Source: an uncultured Alphaproteobacteria bacterium
Lineage (GTDB): Bacteria > Pseudomonadota > Alphaproteobacteria > SHVP01
Length of the DNA stretch: 64,000 bases
Reading direction: 5' to 3'
NCBI GenBank assembly: GCA_964350495.1
Contig: CAYGKG010000002.1
Coordinates: forward strand, 786 to 64,785
Made by a program: the position numbers and the translations under genes. A model generated the notes under the pieces. The model was given only the letters and a program-made list of their open reading frames with translations. It searched no databases and had not been told where the DNA came from. Positions 10,092-19,054 of this stretch are shown piece after piece; within the stretch, counting starts at the first letter, position 1, and each line of letters starts with the position of its first letter.

Positions 10092-11117
10092 ATGACCAGC
10101 GCACATCTCGATGCCATTGCCCGCAAAATGGTTGCCCCGGCAAAGGGCATTCTTGCCGCCGACGAAAGCACCGGTACGATCGGCAAGCGACTGGCAAGCA
10201 TCGGTGTCGATAACAACGAGGAGAATCGCCGAGCCTACCGTGAGCTGTTGTTCACGACTGTAGGTGCCGGCGCATTCATTAGCGGCGTTATCCTGTATGA
10301 CGAAACCATTCGTCAGAGCGCCGCTGACGGGACACCCTTCACCAAGATTCTCGAAGGCCACGGCACGTTGCCGGGCATTAAAGTAGACAACAGCGTCCAC
10401 CCGCTTGGGGGGGCGCCGGATTACCCCATCACCGAGGGACTCGACGGTCTGCGCGGTCGCTGCGAAACCTACGAAAAGCTCGGTGCGCGGTTCACCAAAT
10501 GGCGTGCGGTCATCAAGATTATCGGCGGCCACACGCCTGATGTCGCCATCGAAGCCAACGCGCATGCTCTGGCACGCTATGCCGCCATTGCCCAGGAGTC
10601 CGGCCTCGTCCCGATCGTCGAGCCGGAAATCCTGATGGATGGCGACCATACGATCGACGTGTGCCATGACGTTACAGAGCGCACACTGGTGCAGGTCTAC
10701 GAGCAGCTTCACCGCTTCAATGTTCGACTTGAGGGCACGATCCTGAAACCGAACATGGTCGTTGCCGGAAATGCTTGCGCCCATCAAGCCGACATCGACG
10801 AAGTCACCGATCGAACACTGGAAGCATTGCGACGCTGCGTTCCGGCCGCCGTTCCCGGCATCGCGTTTCTCTCGGGCGGACAGTCTGAGGAAGATGCGAC
10901 CGCCCACCTCAATGCTATGAACTTGAAGGGTCCGCACCCGTGGGAACTCACCTTCAGCTATGGCCGCGCCTTACAGCAGTCGGCCCTACAGGCATGGAAA
11001 GGTTCGACCGCGAACATCGCGGCCGCCCAACGCGCGTTCAAACATCGCGCCCGCATGAATAGCCTGGCCCGCACCGGAGCCTACACAGCCCAACACGAGC
11101 AAGAGATTGCCGCCTAG
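10092..11117 (+). CDS. fba: Fructose-bisphosphate aldolase, class I
   Basis: ILAADESTGTIGKR...KPNMV Schiff-base lysine region typical of class I FBA. Confidence 0.9.
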   Translation: MTSAHLDAIARKMVAPAKGILAADESTGTIGKRLASIGVDNNEENRRAYRELLFTTVGAGAFISGVILYDETIRQSAADGTPFTKILEGHGTLPGIKVDNSVHPLGGAPDYPITEGLDGLRGRCETYEKLGARFTKWRAVIKIIGGHTPDVAIEANAHALARYAAIAQESGLVPIVEPEILMDGDHTIDVCHDVTERTLVQVYEQLHRFNVRLEGTILKPNMVVAGNACAHQADIDEVTDRTLEALRRCVPAAVPGIAFLSGGQSEEDATAHLNAMNLKGPHPWELTFSYGRALQQSALQAWKGSTANIAAAQRAFKHRARMNSLARTGAYTAQHEQEIAA

Positions 11118-11769
11118 CGCAGCGCCTCCGACAGCGGTCGATGCCCGCTGCCGTCTCTATCTGATTAGCCCACCGGATGTCGGTGCGGACTTTCCGGATT
11201 TGGTCAACGGGGCGCTTTCCGGGGGGGACGTCGCGTGCCTGCAACTTCGCCTGAAAGGGCACAGCGACGAGGCGATTATCCGAACAGCTGAACGGTTGTT
11301 GCCAATCACCCGTGCCGCCGATGTCGCCCTGTTGATCAATGATCGGCCCGACCTTGCGGCTCAAGCCGGCGCCGACGGTGTGCATATCGGGCAGTCCGAC
11401 ACATCGTATGAAGAGGCGCGATCCTTGATCGGGTCCGACGGAATCATCGGCATCACCTGTCACAACTCGCGCCACCTAGCGATGGAAGCTGCCGAGCGTG
11501 GGGCCGACTATGTCGCATTCGGCGCATTTTTCGACTCCCCAACGAAGCCGCCAAAGTACCGTGCCGAAATCGACTTGCTGGAGTGGTGGGGAAGCATCTT
11601 CGAGATTCCCTGTGTCGCGATCGGCGGAATCACGACACAAAATTGCCAGCCTTTGGTGCAGGCCGGCGCGGATTTTATCGCGGCGGTCTCCGCTGTTTGG
11701 GACCATCCCGACGGACCGGCAGCCGCCGTGAAGGCCTTCAACGACGCGATCGCAGCCGCGACCGCCTAG
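11107..11769 (+). CDS. thiE: Thiamine-phosphate synthase
   Basis: LQLRLKG...ADGVHIGQSD...IGGI motifs of ThiE. Confidence 0.85.
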   Translation: MPPSAAPPTAVDARCRLYLISPPDVGADFPDLVNGALSGGDVACLQLRLKGHSDEAIIRTAERLLPITRAADVALLINDRPDLAAQAGADGVHIGQSDTSYEEARSLIGSDGIIGITCHNSRHLAMEAAERGADYVAFGAFFDSPTKPPKYRAEIDLLEWWGSIFEIPCVAIGGITTQNCQPLVQAGADFIAAVSAVWDHPDGPAAAVKAFNDAIAAATA

Positions 11770-12836
11770 ACCTCCGCCACGGGTAGCCACAGAACATCAT
11801 CGATTTTTTCGGCGCCGGTCGCGACCATGACTAGCCGGTCAAACCCGATCGCCATGCCTGCCGACGGTGGTACACCGTGACCCAACGCGGCCAGAAAATC
11901 CTCGTCAATCGGGTAGACCGGCGCTTGGAGCCTTCTTTTCGCCGTCAGATCGCGCTCGAACCGCTGTCGTTGGTCTACCGCGTCGGTAAGTTCGCCAAAT
12001 CCGTTTCCCAACTCTAGGCCGGCGACGTAGAGCTCGACGCGCTGAGCGACGCGCGGATCACCTGGATCGATTTGGGCAAGCGCAGCCAACGGTGCCGGCC
12101 ACGATTCGAGCAACGTCGGCCGCCCGACCCCGAGATTGGGCTCGATCCGATCGACAAAGACACGAAAGAACATGTCCTCCCAGGTGTCGGCTTCCTCGAC
12201 ACGAATCCCCGCTTTCGTGCAGGCGTCGGCAAGCGCGGCGGCGTCAGGTGCGCCATCAATACCGAGCGTCGCGAGAAGGTCTATCGCCGCGTCGCGGGCA
12301 TACGCCGATGCGACGCTGATGCGTTCGAACGGGAGGGACGGATCGGCTGCTTTCCCCGACCAACGTAACAGCCCCTGGGAAAGCGGGCGCGGGACGGCTT
12401 CCAGCGCCGCGCGCACCAGGCCCTCGCAGTGAGTTCCCAGGTCGCGCCACGTGGTATCCGCAGCGTACCACTCGATCATGGTAAATTCGGGGTGATGAAT
12501 CGGGGACCGCGCTTCGTTGCGCCAGACATGGCAAATTTGAAACAGCTTCGGGACGCCGGCGGCGAGCAGCTTCTTCATCGCAAATTCGGGCGAGGTGTGC
12601 AGGTAGAGGCGCTGGCTGCCGAGCCCGAAAGGCTCATCGAGGTCTGTCGGAAACGCTCGGAGGTTGGGTTCCAGACCCGGGGAGACCTGAAGCGCAGGCG
12701 TCTCGACCTCGACGAATCCGCGCCCCGTAAACCAAGCACGCACGGCCGCAAGCATCGCTGCGCGTGCTGTCAGATAGGGCGCGCGGCGGGCAAACCGATC
12801 GGGTCGCCAGGCAGGCGATCTGCCATTGCTTTTCAC
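11766..12836 (-). CDS. epmA: EF-P--(R)-beta-lysine ligase EpmA (PoxA/GenX, truncated class II LysRS paralog)
   Basis: Class II aaRS core motifs without an anticodon-binding domain; about 355 aa; divergent from epmB-efp. Confidence 0.85.
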   Translation of the reverse strand: MKSNGRSPAWRPDRFARRAPYLTARAAMLAAVRAWFTGRGFVEVETPALQVSPGLEPNLRAFPTDLDEPFGLGSQRLYLHTSPEFAMKKLLAAGVPKLFQICHVWRNEARSPIHHPEFTMIEWYAADTTWRDLGTHCEGLVRAALEAVPRPLSQGLLRWSGKAADPSLPFERISVASAYARDAAIDLLATLGIDGAPDAAALADACTKAGIRVEEADTWEDMFFRVFVDRIEPNLGVGRPTLLESWPAPLAALAQIDPGDPRVAQRVELYVAGLELGNGFGELTDAVDQRQRFERDLTAKRRLQAPVYPIDEDFLAALGHGVPPSAGMAIGFDRLVMVATGAEKIDDVLWLPVAEV

Positions 12837-12900
12837 TGAATCAAGAAACCCGCTATACCGCTTCGAAATCGGAGCCTAGAGCGACCAAGAGGAAGCCGCG

Positions 12901-13971
12901 ATGAGCCGTTCGCCGACGAAAAGAAAAGTCCACCGCACCGCCCATGATCTCGTCGCAGCCGGCTTGATCCCCGAGGGCGCCCATACGCTAACGGATGCGG
13001 TCGCGCAGCGATACGGCATCGCGATCACCCCGGCGGTTCACGACCTGATCGACCCGACCGACGTTGGTGATCCGATTGCGCGCCAGTTCGTACCCTCCGG
13101 GCTCGAACTCGAGGACCGACCGGGCGAGAACGGAGACCCGATCGGCGACGAAGCATTTAGTCCGGTCAAGGGAATCGTCCATCGCTACCCCGATCGCGTC
13201 CTGCTCAAGCTCCTCCAAACATGCCCAGTCTACTGCCGCTATTGTTTTCGGCGGGAGCACGTCGGCCAAGGGGAAAAGCCATTGGCCGCCGAGGAAATAC
13301 GTGCGGCATTGGACTACGTTCGGACGCGGCCGGAGATATGGGAAGTCATTTTGACCGGGGGCGATCCGCTCTTGCTGTCTCCCCGACGCCTTCGGGAGAC
13401 CGTCAGCGCATTGGACGTTATCGACCACTTGGGTGTTATTCGCGTACATACGCGGGTCCCGATTGTCGACCCGGAACGCATTGATGCGGCATGCGTTGCG
13501 GCGTTGTCCGCCGACAAGGCGGTGTACGTCATCATCCATTGCAACCACGCACGTGAACTTTCAACGGCTGCAGTCGCCGCGGTCCGGCGGATTGTCGATG
13601 CCGGCATCCCGGTTCTCGCCCAGTCTGTGCTCCTGAGGGGCGTCAACGACGACGCAGAGACATTGGAAGCGTTGTTCCGCGCGCTGGTGCGAGCCCGGGT
13701 CAAACCCTACTACCTTCACCATCCCGATCGGGCGCGAGGCACCGGCCATTTCAGGCCGTCGCTCGCATCGGGACGCCAGATCGTGGATAGCCTTCGGGGG
13801 AAACTGTCGGGGCTGTGCCATCCAACCTATGTACTCGACATTCCAGGGGGCCACGGCAAGGTTCCCGTCGCGATCGATCGAACGACGGAGACGGGGGATG
13901 GCAGCTTCTTGATTCGCGACCCCCAAGACCGGATTCACCGTTATCAGGACGAAATCGACAGCGCGCCGTAG
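12901..13971 (+). CDS. epmB: EF-P beta-lysylation protein EpmB (lysine 2,3-aminomutase family radical SAM)
   Basis: CPVYCRYCFRR is the CxxxCxxC radical SAM motif in a KamA-like sequence; immediately upstream of efp. Confidence 0.85.
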   Translation: MSRSPTKRKVHRTAHDLVAAGLIPEGAHTLTDAVAQRYGIAITPAVHDLIDPTDVGDPIARQFVPSGLELEDRPGENGDPIGDEAFSPVKGIVHRYPDRVLLKLLQTCPVYCRYCFRREHVGQGEKPLAAEEIRAALDYVRTRPEIWEVILTGGDPLLLSPRRLRETVSALDVIDHLGVIRVHTRVPIVDPERIDAACVAALSADKAVYVIIHCNHARELSTAAVAAVRRIVDAGIPVLAQSVLLRGVNDDAETLEALFRALVRARVKPYYLHHPDRARGTGHFRPSLASGRQIVDSLRGKLSGLCHPTYVLDIPGGHGKVPVAIDRTTETGDGSFLIRDPQDRIHRYQDEIDSAP

Positions 13972-14032
13972 GTTTGCCAGCGCACGGGCAAGCTGATAGT
14001 TTCCGCGCCCTCAACCCGCCCCAGAGTATGCG

Positions 14033-14596
14033 ATGAAGATCAACGCCAATCAGATTCGACCCGGAATGGTGATCGAGTACGAAGGCCGCCAAATGGCGGT
14101 CATCAAGATTCAATTGATCCAACCGGGCAAGGGTGGTGCCTTTATCGCGGTCGAAATGCGAGACTTGACCAACGGCGTCAAGACCAACCAACGTTGGCGC
14201 ACCGCCGATACAGTCGAGAAGCTCAACACCGAAGAGCACGACTATCAGTATTTGTTCGCGGACGGCGACGCCTTCACTTTTATGGACCCCGAAACATACG
14301 AGCAGATATCGATACCGGGTTCGATCCTTGGTGACGACGCCGCTTACCTTCAGGACGGCATGACGGTTATCGTCAACAGCGTCGAGGGCAAACCGATCGG
14401 TGTCCAACTGCCTGCAACCGTCATCCTGGAAGTCGTCGAGGCCGAGCCCGTGGTCAAGGGACAGACCGCTTCGTCGTCCTACAAACCTGCGCAGATGAGC
14501 AACGGCGTCCGGGTCATGGTGCCGCCGTTTGTCGAAACCGGGACCAGGATCGTCGTCAATACCGCCGACGGTACCTACCTCAAGCGAACGGATTAG
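14033..14596 (+). CDS. efp: Elongation factor P
   Basis: MKINANQIRPGMVIEYEG...QPGKGGAF carries the modifiable Lys in the PGKGGAF loop. Confidence 0.95.
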   Translation: MKINANQIRPGMVIEYEGRQMAVIKIQLIQPGKGGAFIAVEMRDLTNGVKTNQRWRTADTVEKLNTEEHDYQYLFADGDAFTFMDPETYEQISIPGSILGDDAAYLQDGMTVIVNSVEGKPIGVQLPATVILEVVEAEPVVKGQTASSSYKPAQMSNGVRVMVPPFVETGTRIVVNTADGTYLKRTD

Positions 14597-14602
14597 CCCG
14601 GC

Positions 14603-15433
14603 ATGGCCGGACCGCGGTCGCCTATTCTCAATGTTATGTCTGGGGCGGCAAAGCGGGTTGGTCGATCGTTGGTCCGCGACTATGGCGAGGTCGACAAACT
14701 CCAAGTCTCCCTAAAGGGCCCTGCTGATTTTGTCAGTTCGGCAGACAGCAAGGCAGACCAGTATCTGCGCGACCTGCTCGCAAAAGCGCGACCGGATTGG
14801 GGCTTCCTGACCGAAGAAGGGGGCGAAGCCAAGGGGAACGACCCCGAGAACCGTTGGATTATCGATCCGTTGGACGGCACAACGAACTTCCTGCACGGAT
14901 TGCCGCATTTTTGCATTTCCATTGCCCACCAACGCGGGCGGGAAATCGTCGCGGGGCTGGTATACGATCCGTTGCGCGACGAGACCTTCGCCGCAGAGAA
15001 AGGTGCAGGAGCCTATCTCAACGACCAGCGCCTGCGGGTGTCCGCACGCAAGCACCTTGCCGAATCCGTCCTGGCCACCGGCATTCCGACCATTCGCGGC
15101 GCAAACACGGTCACGCCTTTTCTGAAACAACTCGCGACGCTCTCGACACGGGTGTCGGCGATCCGCCGCTTCGGTTCCGCCGCGCTCGACCTCGCCTACG
15201 TCGCCGCCGGGCGGGTCGACGGATACTGGGAAGCCGACCTCCAACCTTGGGATATGGCGGCAGGCCTCGTTCTTGTGCGCGAAGCAGGCGGATTTGTCAC
15301 CGACCTCACCGGCGGGGGGAGCATGTTGGAATCGGGCAACGTCCTCGCAACGAACCCCGACTTGCATCAGCCGGTCATCAAGCTCCTCGCGGCAGCCGCG
15401 AAGCTGCCCGACTGGCCCACTGCCGCCGTTTAG
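14603..15433 (+). CDS. Inositol monophosphatase family protein (SuhB-like)
   Basis: DPLDGTTNFLHGLP and WDMAAG motifs. Confidence 0.85.
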   Translation: MAGPRSPILNVMSGAAKRVGRSLVRDYGEVDKLQVSLKGPADFVSSADSKADQYLRDLLAKARPDWGFLTEEGGEAKGNDPENRWIIDPLDGTTNFLHGLPHFCISIAHQRGREIVAGLVYDPLRDETFAAEKGAGAYLNDQRLRVSARKHLAESVLATGIPTIRGANTVTPFLKQLATLSTRVSAIRRFGSAALDLAYVAAGRVDGYWEADLQPWDMAAGLVLVREAGGFVTDLTGGGSMLESGNVLATNPDLHQPVIKLLAAAAKLPDWPTAAV

Positions 15434-15498
15434 GCCGGTTGTCCTGGCGCGCGGCACTAAGCTAAGGTGACCGGGCGGAATGGCGCTCTGAGAACGCC

Positions 15499-16419
15499 GT
15501 GAGCGGGCAGACAAAGGGAGACTTCTCGATGGGCAAGCAAGGGCAGCGGGTTTTTGTTCGATGCTCGCGGCATTGGTATGTCGCCGTCACCGCTACAATG
15601 CTCAGCCTATTGTTCAGCAGCGCCGCAATCGCCCAGGAGACCGTCATCATCGGTGGCAGCGGGCAATCGGCGGTTGATGTGAACCTCGGCGCGTTACGTG
15701 ACCTAGACGGTCGGCAGCGCGTGCGAACCTTGCGTTTTCCGGGTGAAGCAAGCGATGACGCCATCGTCCTGAAACCGCCCGCGGGGAGCCGGACGGCGCT
15801 ACCCGCCGGACAGCGCCCCATTCTGACCGCTCCGGCGCCGAGCCTCCGTCCGAGTGTGCCGGCGGCACCGACAATCGCAAGACCGATCGCTCCGACGCCG
15901 ATGGCGGCACCGCCCGTACGCGAAGCCGCGGAAGCAGCCCCAATCGTTGTTGCGCCACCGGCTCCCCCCGTCGTTGCCCGGCAGGCCCCGGCACCGGATG
16001 CCGCCGCGCCGGAGCGGATTGCCCCAAGAGATACCGTCAGGCCTGCCCCTACACCCGAAACAGCACCCCAACGGACCGCGGCGCTACCGCCGGCGGCACC
16101 AACCGGTGACGGCCCCGCCCTGCGCTTGTTGTTCGATGGCTCGGCAACCCAACTCGGTGCCGGCGCGCAGGCTCAGCTCCAACAATTCGCGGCGACCCTG
16201 GGCACCAACGAGCGCCGCATTCAACTCAAAGCGTTCGCCACCGGCGCCAGCGACCGGCCGAGTGCCGCCCGTCGCGAATCTTTGTCGCGGGCCCTGGCCG
16301 TGCGGTCCTACCTGATCGAGAACGGCGTGCGCAGTACGCGGATCGATGTTCGCGCCCTAGGAGAACCCACAGACGGCGGGCCGAACGACCGCGTGGATGT
16401 CATATTGCTGACGCAATGA
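15499..16419 (+). CDS. OmpA-like peptidoglycan-binding protein with a long Pro/Ala-rich spacer (probable signal peptide; start may be ATG at 15529)
   Basis: N-terminal hydrophobic leader ...MLSLLFSSAAIAQE; about 150 aa of PAPxxAP repeats; C-terminal OmpA-like motifs ESLSRALAVRSYL...NDRVDVILL. Confidence 0.7.
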   Translation: MSGQTKGDFSMGKQGQRVFVRCSRHWYVAVTATMLSLLFSSAAIAQETVIIGGSGQSAVDVNLGALRDLDGRQRVRTLRFPGEASDDAIVLKPPAGSRTALPAGQRPILTAPAPSLRPSVPAAPTIARPIAPTPMAAPPVREAAEAAPIVVAPPAPPVVARQAPAPDAAAPERIAPRDTVRPAPTPETAPQRTAALPPAAPTGDGPALRLLFDGSATQLGAGAQAQLQQFAATLGTNERRIQLKAFATGASDRPSAARRESLSRALAVRSYLIENGVRSTRIDVRALGEPTDGGPNDRVDVILLTQ

Positions 16420-16469
16420 TCTGAAGAACTTGGCGGGACTACGCACCTTAAGGGGAGCGATCAGAACAC

Positions 16470-17603
16470 ATGACTGGAACCCGCACCTTTCTGACGAGAA
16501 TGACCGTCTTTCTTGTCATCGTCGCGGCCGTGGTCCTGGCAATTATCGGACCTTTGGAACGCGCCTTCATGGCGAACCCGGCGATCAACGGCCTTATCCT
16601 CGGGGTTCTCCTGCTCGGCATCGTCTACGCCTTTAGACAGGTGCTCCTGCTCCATCCGGAAGTACGCTGGATCGATACCTTCCGGCGCAGCGAGCCTGGA
16701 CTGTCCGTCCAGGATCCGCCCACGCTGCTAGGCCCGATGGCGACAATGCTGGGCGACCGTACGAGCCGGCGCATGCAGTTGTCGACCCTGACGATGCGGT
16801 CGCTATTGGACGGCATTTCGTCGCGCCTGGACGAATCCCGCGATATTTCGCGCTACATGATCGGCCTCCTTGTCTTTCTCGGACTGCTGGGAACTTTTTG
16901 GGGCCTGCTCCAAACCATCGGTGCAGTGGGGAGCACTATTGCATCCCTGAGCGTCGATGGCGGCGACTTCAGCGCCCAGTTCGACAGCCTCCGTCAGGGC
17001 TTGGAAGCGCCGTTGAGTGGCATGGGCACGGCCTTTTCCTCCTCGCTCTTCGGGCTGGGCGGTTCGCTCGTCCTTGGGTTTCTCGACCTCCAGGCCGGGC
17101 AAGCGCAAAACCGCTTCTACAACGACCTGGAGGAATGGCTTTCGAGTGTGACGCGCCTGTCAAGCGGTGCCGGGATCGCCGAAGGAGATCAGTCGGTCCC
17201 AGCCTACGTTCAAGCGCTGCTTGAGCAGACCGCGGAGAGCCTCGACAACCTGCAACGCACGATGACGAATGCAGAGGGGGGACGGCATAGCTCCAACCAG
17301 ACGTTCGTGAACCTCGCCGAACGCTTGGCCACGCTCACCGATCAGATGCGCTCAGAGCAAGACCTGATGGTCAAACTGATCGAAAGCCAGATGGAGATGA
17401 AGCCGCTGCTCCAGAAGTTGGCTGAGGATCGGGGCGGGGTCGATAAGACCGCACAAACCCATTTGCGCAATATGGACCTCTATCTCAGCCAACTCCTCGA
17501 TGCGACGACACGCGGACAAGATCAGCTTGTCACGGAGATTCGCAACGAGTTGAAACTGGTCGCCCGGACGATCGCGGCTTCGCTCGATAAGCGGCGCGAC
17601 TAG
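16470..17603 (+). CDS. MotA/TolQ/ExbB-family proton-channel protein with a roughly 160-aa cytoplasmic helical C-terminal extension
   Basis: Four predicted TM helices; GLLGTFWGLLQTIGAVG and MGTAFSSSLFGLGGSLVLGF match the MotA_ExbB signature; coiled-coil-like C-terminal tail. Confidence 0.7.
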   Translation: MTGTRTFLTRMTVFLVIVAAVVLAIIGPLERAFMANPAINGLILGVLLLGIVYAFRQVLLLHPEVRWIDTFRRSEPGLSVQDPPTLLGPMATMLGDRTSRRMQLSTLTMRSLLDGISSRLDESRDISRYMIGLLVFLGLLGTFWGLLQTIGAVGSTIASLSVDGGDFSAQFDSLRQGLEAPLSGMGTAFSSSLFGLGGSLVLGFLDLQAGQAQNRFYNDLEEWLSSVTRLSSGAGIAEGDQSVPAYVQALLEQTAESLDNLQRTMTNAEGGRHSSNQTFVNLAERLATLTDQMRSEQDLMVKLIESQMEMKPLLQKLAEDRGGVDKTAQTHLRNMDLYLSQLLDATTRGQDQLVTEIRNELKLVARTIAASLDKRRD

Positions 17604-17614
17604 ACCGGATCGCC

Positions 17615-19054
17615 ATGGCGTTTCGAACCCGTACGCGCGGTCAAGACTATTGGCCCGGCTTTGTCGATGCGCTAGCCGCGCTGCTAGTCGTTATCATCTT
17701 CCTGCTGGTCGTCTTTGTATTGGCGCAGGTGTTTTTGTCCCAGGCCCTTTCGGGACGGGACGAAGCGTTGCAGCGCCTGACAACGCAAATCAACGAACTG
17801 ACCGAACTTTTGTCCCTTGAACGCCAGGGCAATGCGGACCTCCGACTGAACGTGGCCCAGCTTTCGGCATCGCTTCAGAGCGCCAACGAAGAGCGCGACA
17901 ACCTCGTGGTCGAACTGTCGGAGCTTCGCTCCGAGGCGGCGCGGCTGAATGAAACCGTCGCTCTGTTGACACGTCGGGCCGAAACCGCCGAACGGGGGCT
18001 CTCGGAGGCCCAGAGCGACTTGGCGGTAGCTAACGACACGGTCGAGCGGGACCGCGAAACCATCCGGACGCAACTCGCCGATGTCGAACGGCTGCAACGC
18101 GATATCGATGCCCTACGTACACTTCGCGCCGAACTGGAGAAGCGCGTCGGAGACCTTGCCACCGCCTTGGAGACATCCCAGCGGGACGCCGAGGTTCTGC
18201 GGCAACAGGCCACTAACCTCGAGACGGCGCTATCGGAGACCCGCGAAATCGTTGGAACGTTGAGGGACAGTCAACGCGAATTGCGCGCCCAACTCGCCAA
18301 CGAAGAAGAGCGGACGCGGCTTACACAGGCGGACCTGAAAGACCGAGAGGTTCGCCTCGCCGAGGTCCAGGCGCTCTATCTCGCGCGCGAATCGGCTCTA
18401 GAGGAAGAACAGGAACTGTCATCCGACGCCAAGGCCCGCGTGGCGCTGCTGAACCAGCAGATCGCCTTGCTACGAGAGCAACTACGCTCAATCCAAGCCG
18501 CGCTCGGCCAGGCTGAATCGAAGGACGAAGAACAGCAAGTCGTAATCTCGGATCTTGGACGCCGCCTCAATCAAGCGTTGGCCCAAAAAGTCGAAGAGCT
18601 CTCGCGCTACCGGTCGGAATTTTTTGGCCGCCTCAGGGAAGTGCTGGGCGACCGACGCGACATTCAAATCGTCGGCGACCGCTTCGTGTTTCAATCGGAG
18701 GTCTTGTTCGGTTCGGGATCGGCAGAATTGGGTGACGAAGGGCGCGCCCGTTTGCGTGATCTAGCGAATACGTTGATCGAAATCATTCCCCGCATCCCCG
18801 CCGATATCAGTTGGATTCTGCGGGTCGACGGACACACCGATTCGGTGCCCATCAACTCATCTCAATTTCCGTCAAACTGGGAACTGTCCGGCGCGCGTGC
18901 GACCAACGTCGTGAAATTCCTGATCGAAGCCGGCATCCCCGCACAACGTCTGGCGGCAGCCGGGTTCGGCCAGTATCACCCACTCGATGAGGGAGACGAC
19001 GAGATCGCGTTCCGGCGCAATCGGCGCATCGAGATGAAACTGACCGAGCGCTAG
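17615..19054 (+). CDS. MotB-like protein: N-terminal TM with conserved Asp, about 300-residue coiled coil, C-terminal OmpA-like peptidoglycan-binding domain
   Basis: WPGFVDALAALLVVIIFLL resembles the MotB/TolR plug and TM region with its Asp; residues about 45-340 are heptad-rich E/R/L/Q/A; C-terminus VDGHTDSVPI...NWELSGARATNVVKFL...FRRNRRIEM is the OmpA motif. Confidence 0.75.
   Translation: MAFRTRTRGQDYWPGFVDALAALLVVIIFLLVVFVLAQVFLSQALSGRDEALQRLTTQINELTELLSLERQGNADLRLNVAQLSASLQSANEERDNLVVELSELRSEAARLNETVALLTRRAETAERGLSEAQSDLAVANDTVERDRETIRTQLADVERLQRDIDALRTLRAELEKRVGDLATALETSQRDAEVLRQQATNLETALSETREIVGTLRDSQRELRAQLANEEERTRLTQADLKDREVRLAEVQALYLARESALEEEQELSSDAKARVALLNQQIALLREQLRSIQAALGQAESKDEEQQVVISDLGRRLNQALAQKVEELSRYRSEFFGRLREVLGDRRDIQIVGDRFVFQSEVLFGSGSAELGDEGRARLRDLANTLIEIIPRIPADISWILRVDGHTDSVPINSSQFPSNWELSGARATNVVKFLIEAGIPAQRLAAAGFGQYHPLDEGDDEIAFRRNRRIEMKLTER

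Noticed and set aside
9867-10937. 356-aa ORF on the minus strand
   Set aside because: It lies entirely antisense to the clearly real class I fba gene. It is a typical GC-rich shadow ORF with no recognisable family.
11050-11110. Possible TPP riboswitch upstream of thiE
   Set aside because: thiE overlaps the end of fba, leaving no leader space for a riboswitch.
13751-15514. 317-aa and 267-aa minus-strand ORFs
   Set aside because: They are antisense to epmB/efp and to the IMPase gene, and have the Arg/Pro/Gly-rich composition typical of GC shadows.
15790-16090. Repetitive Pro/Ala-coding DNA
   Set aside because: It is a low-complexity coding spacer of the OmpA-like protein, imperfect and without spacer/repeat periodicity, so not a CRISPR array or an intergenic repeat.
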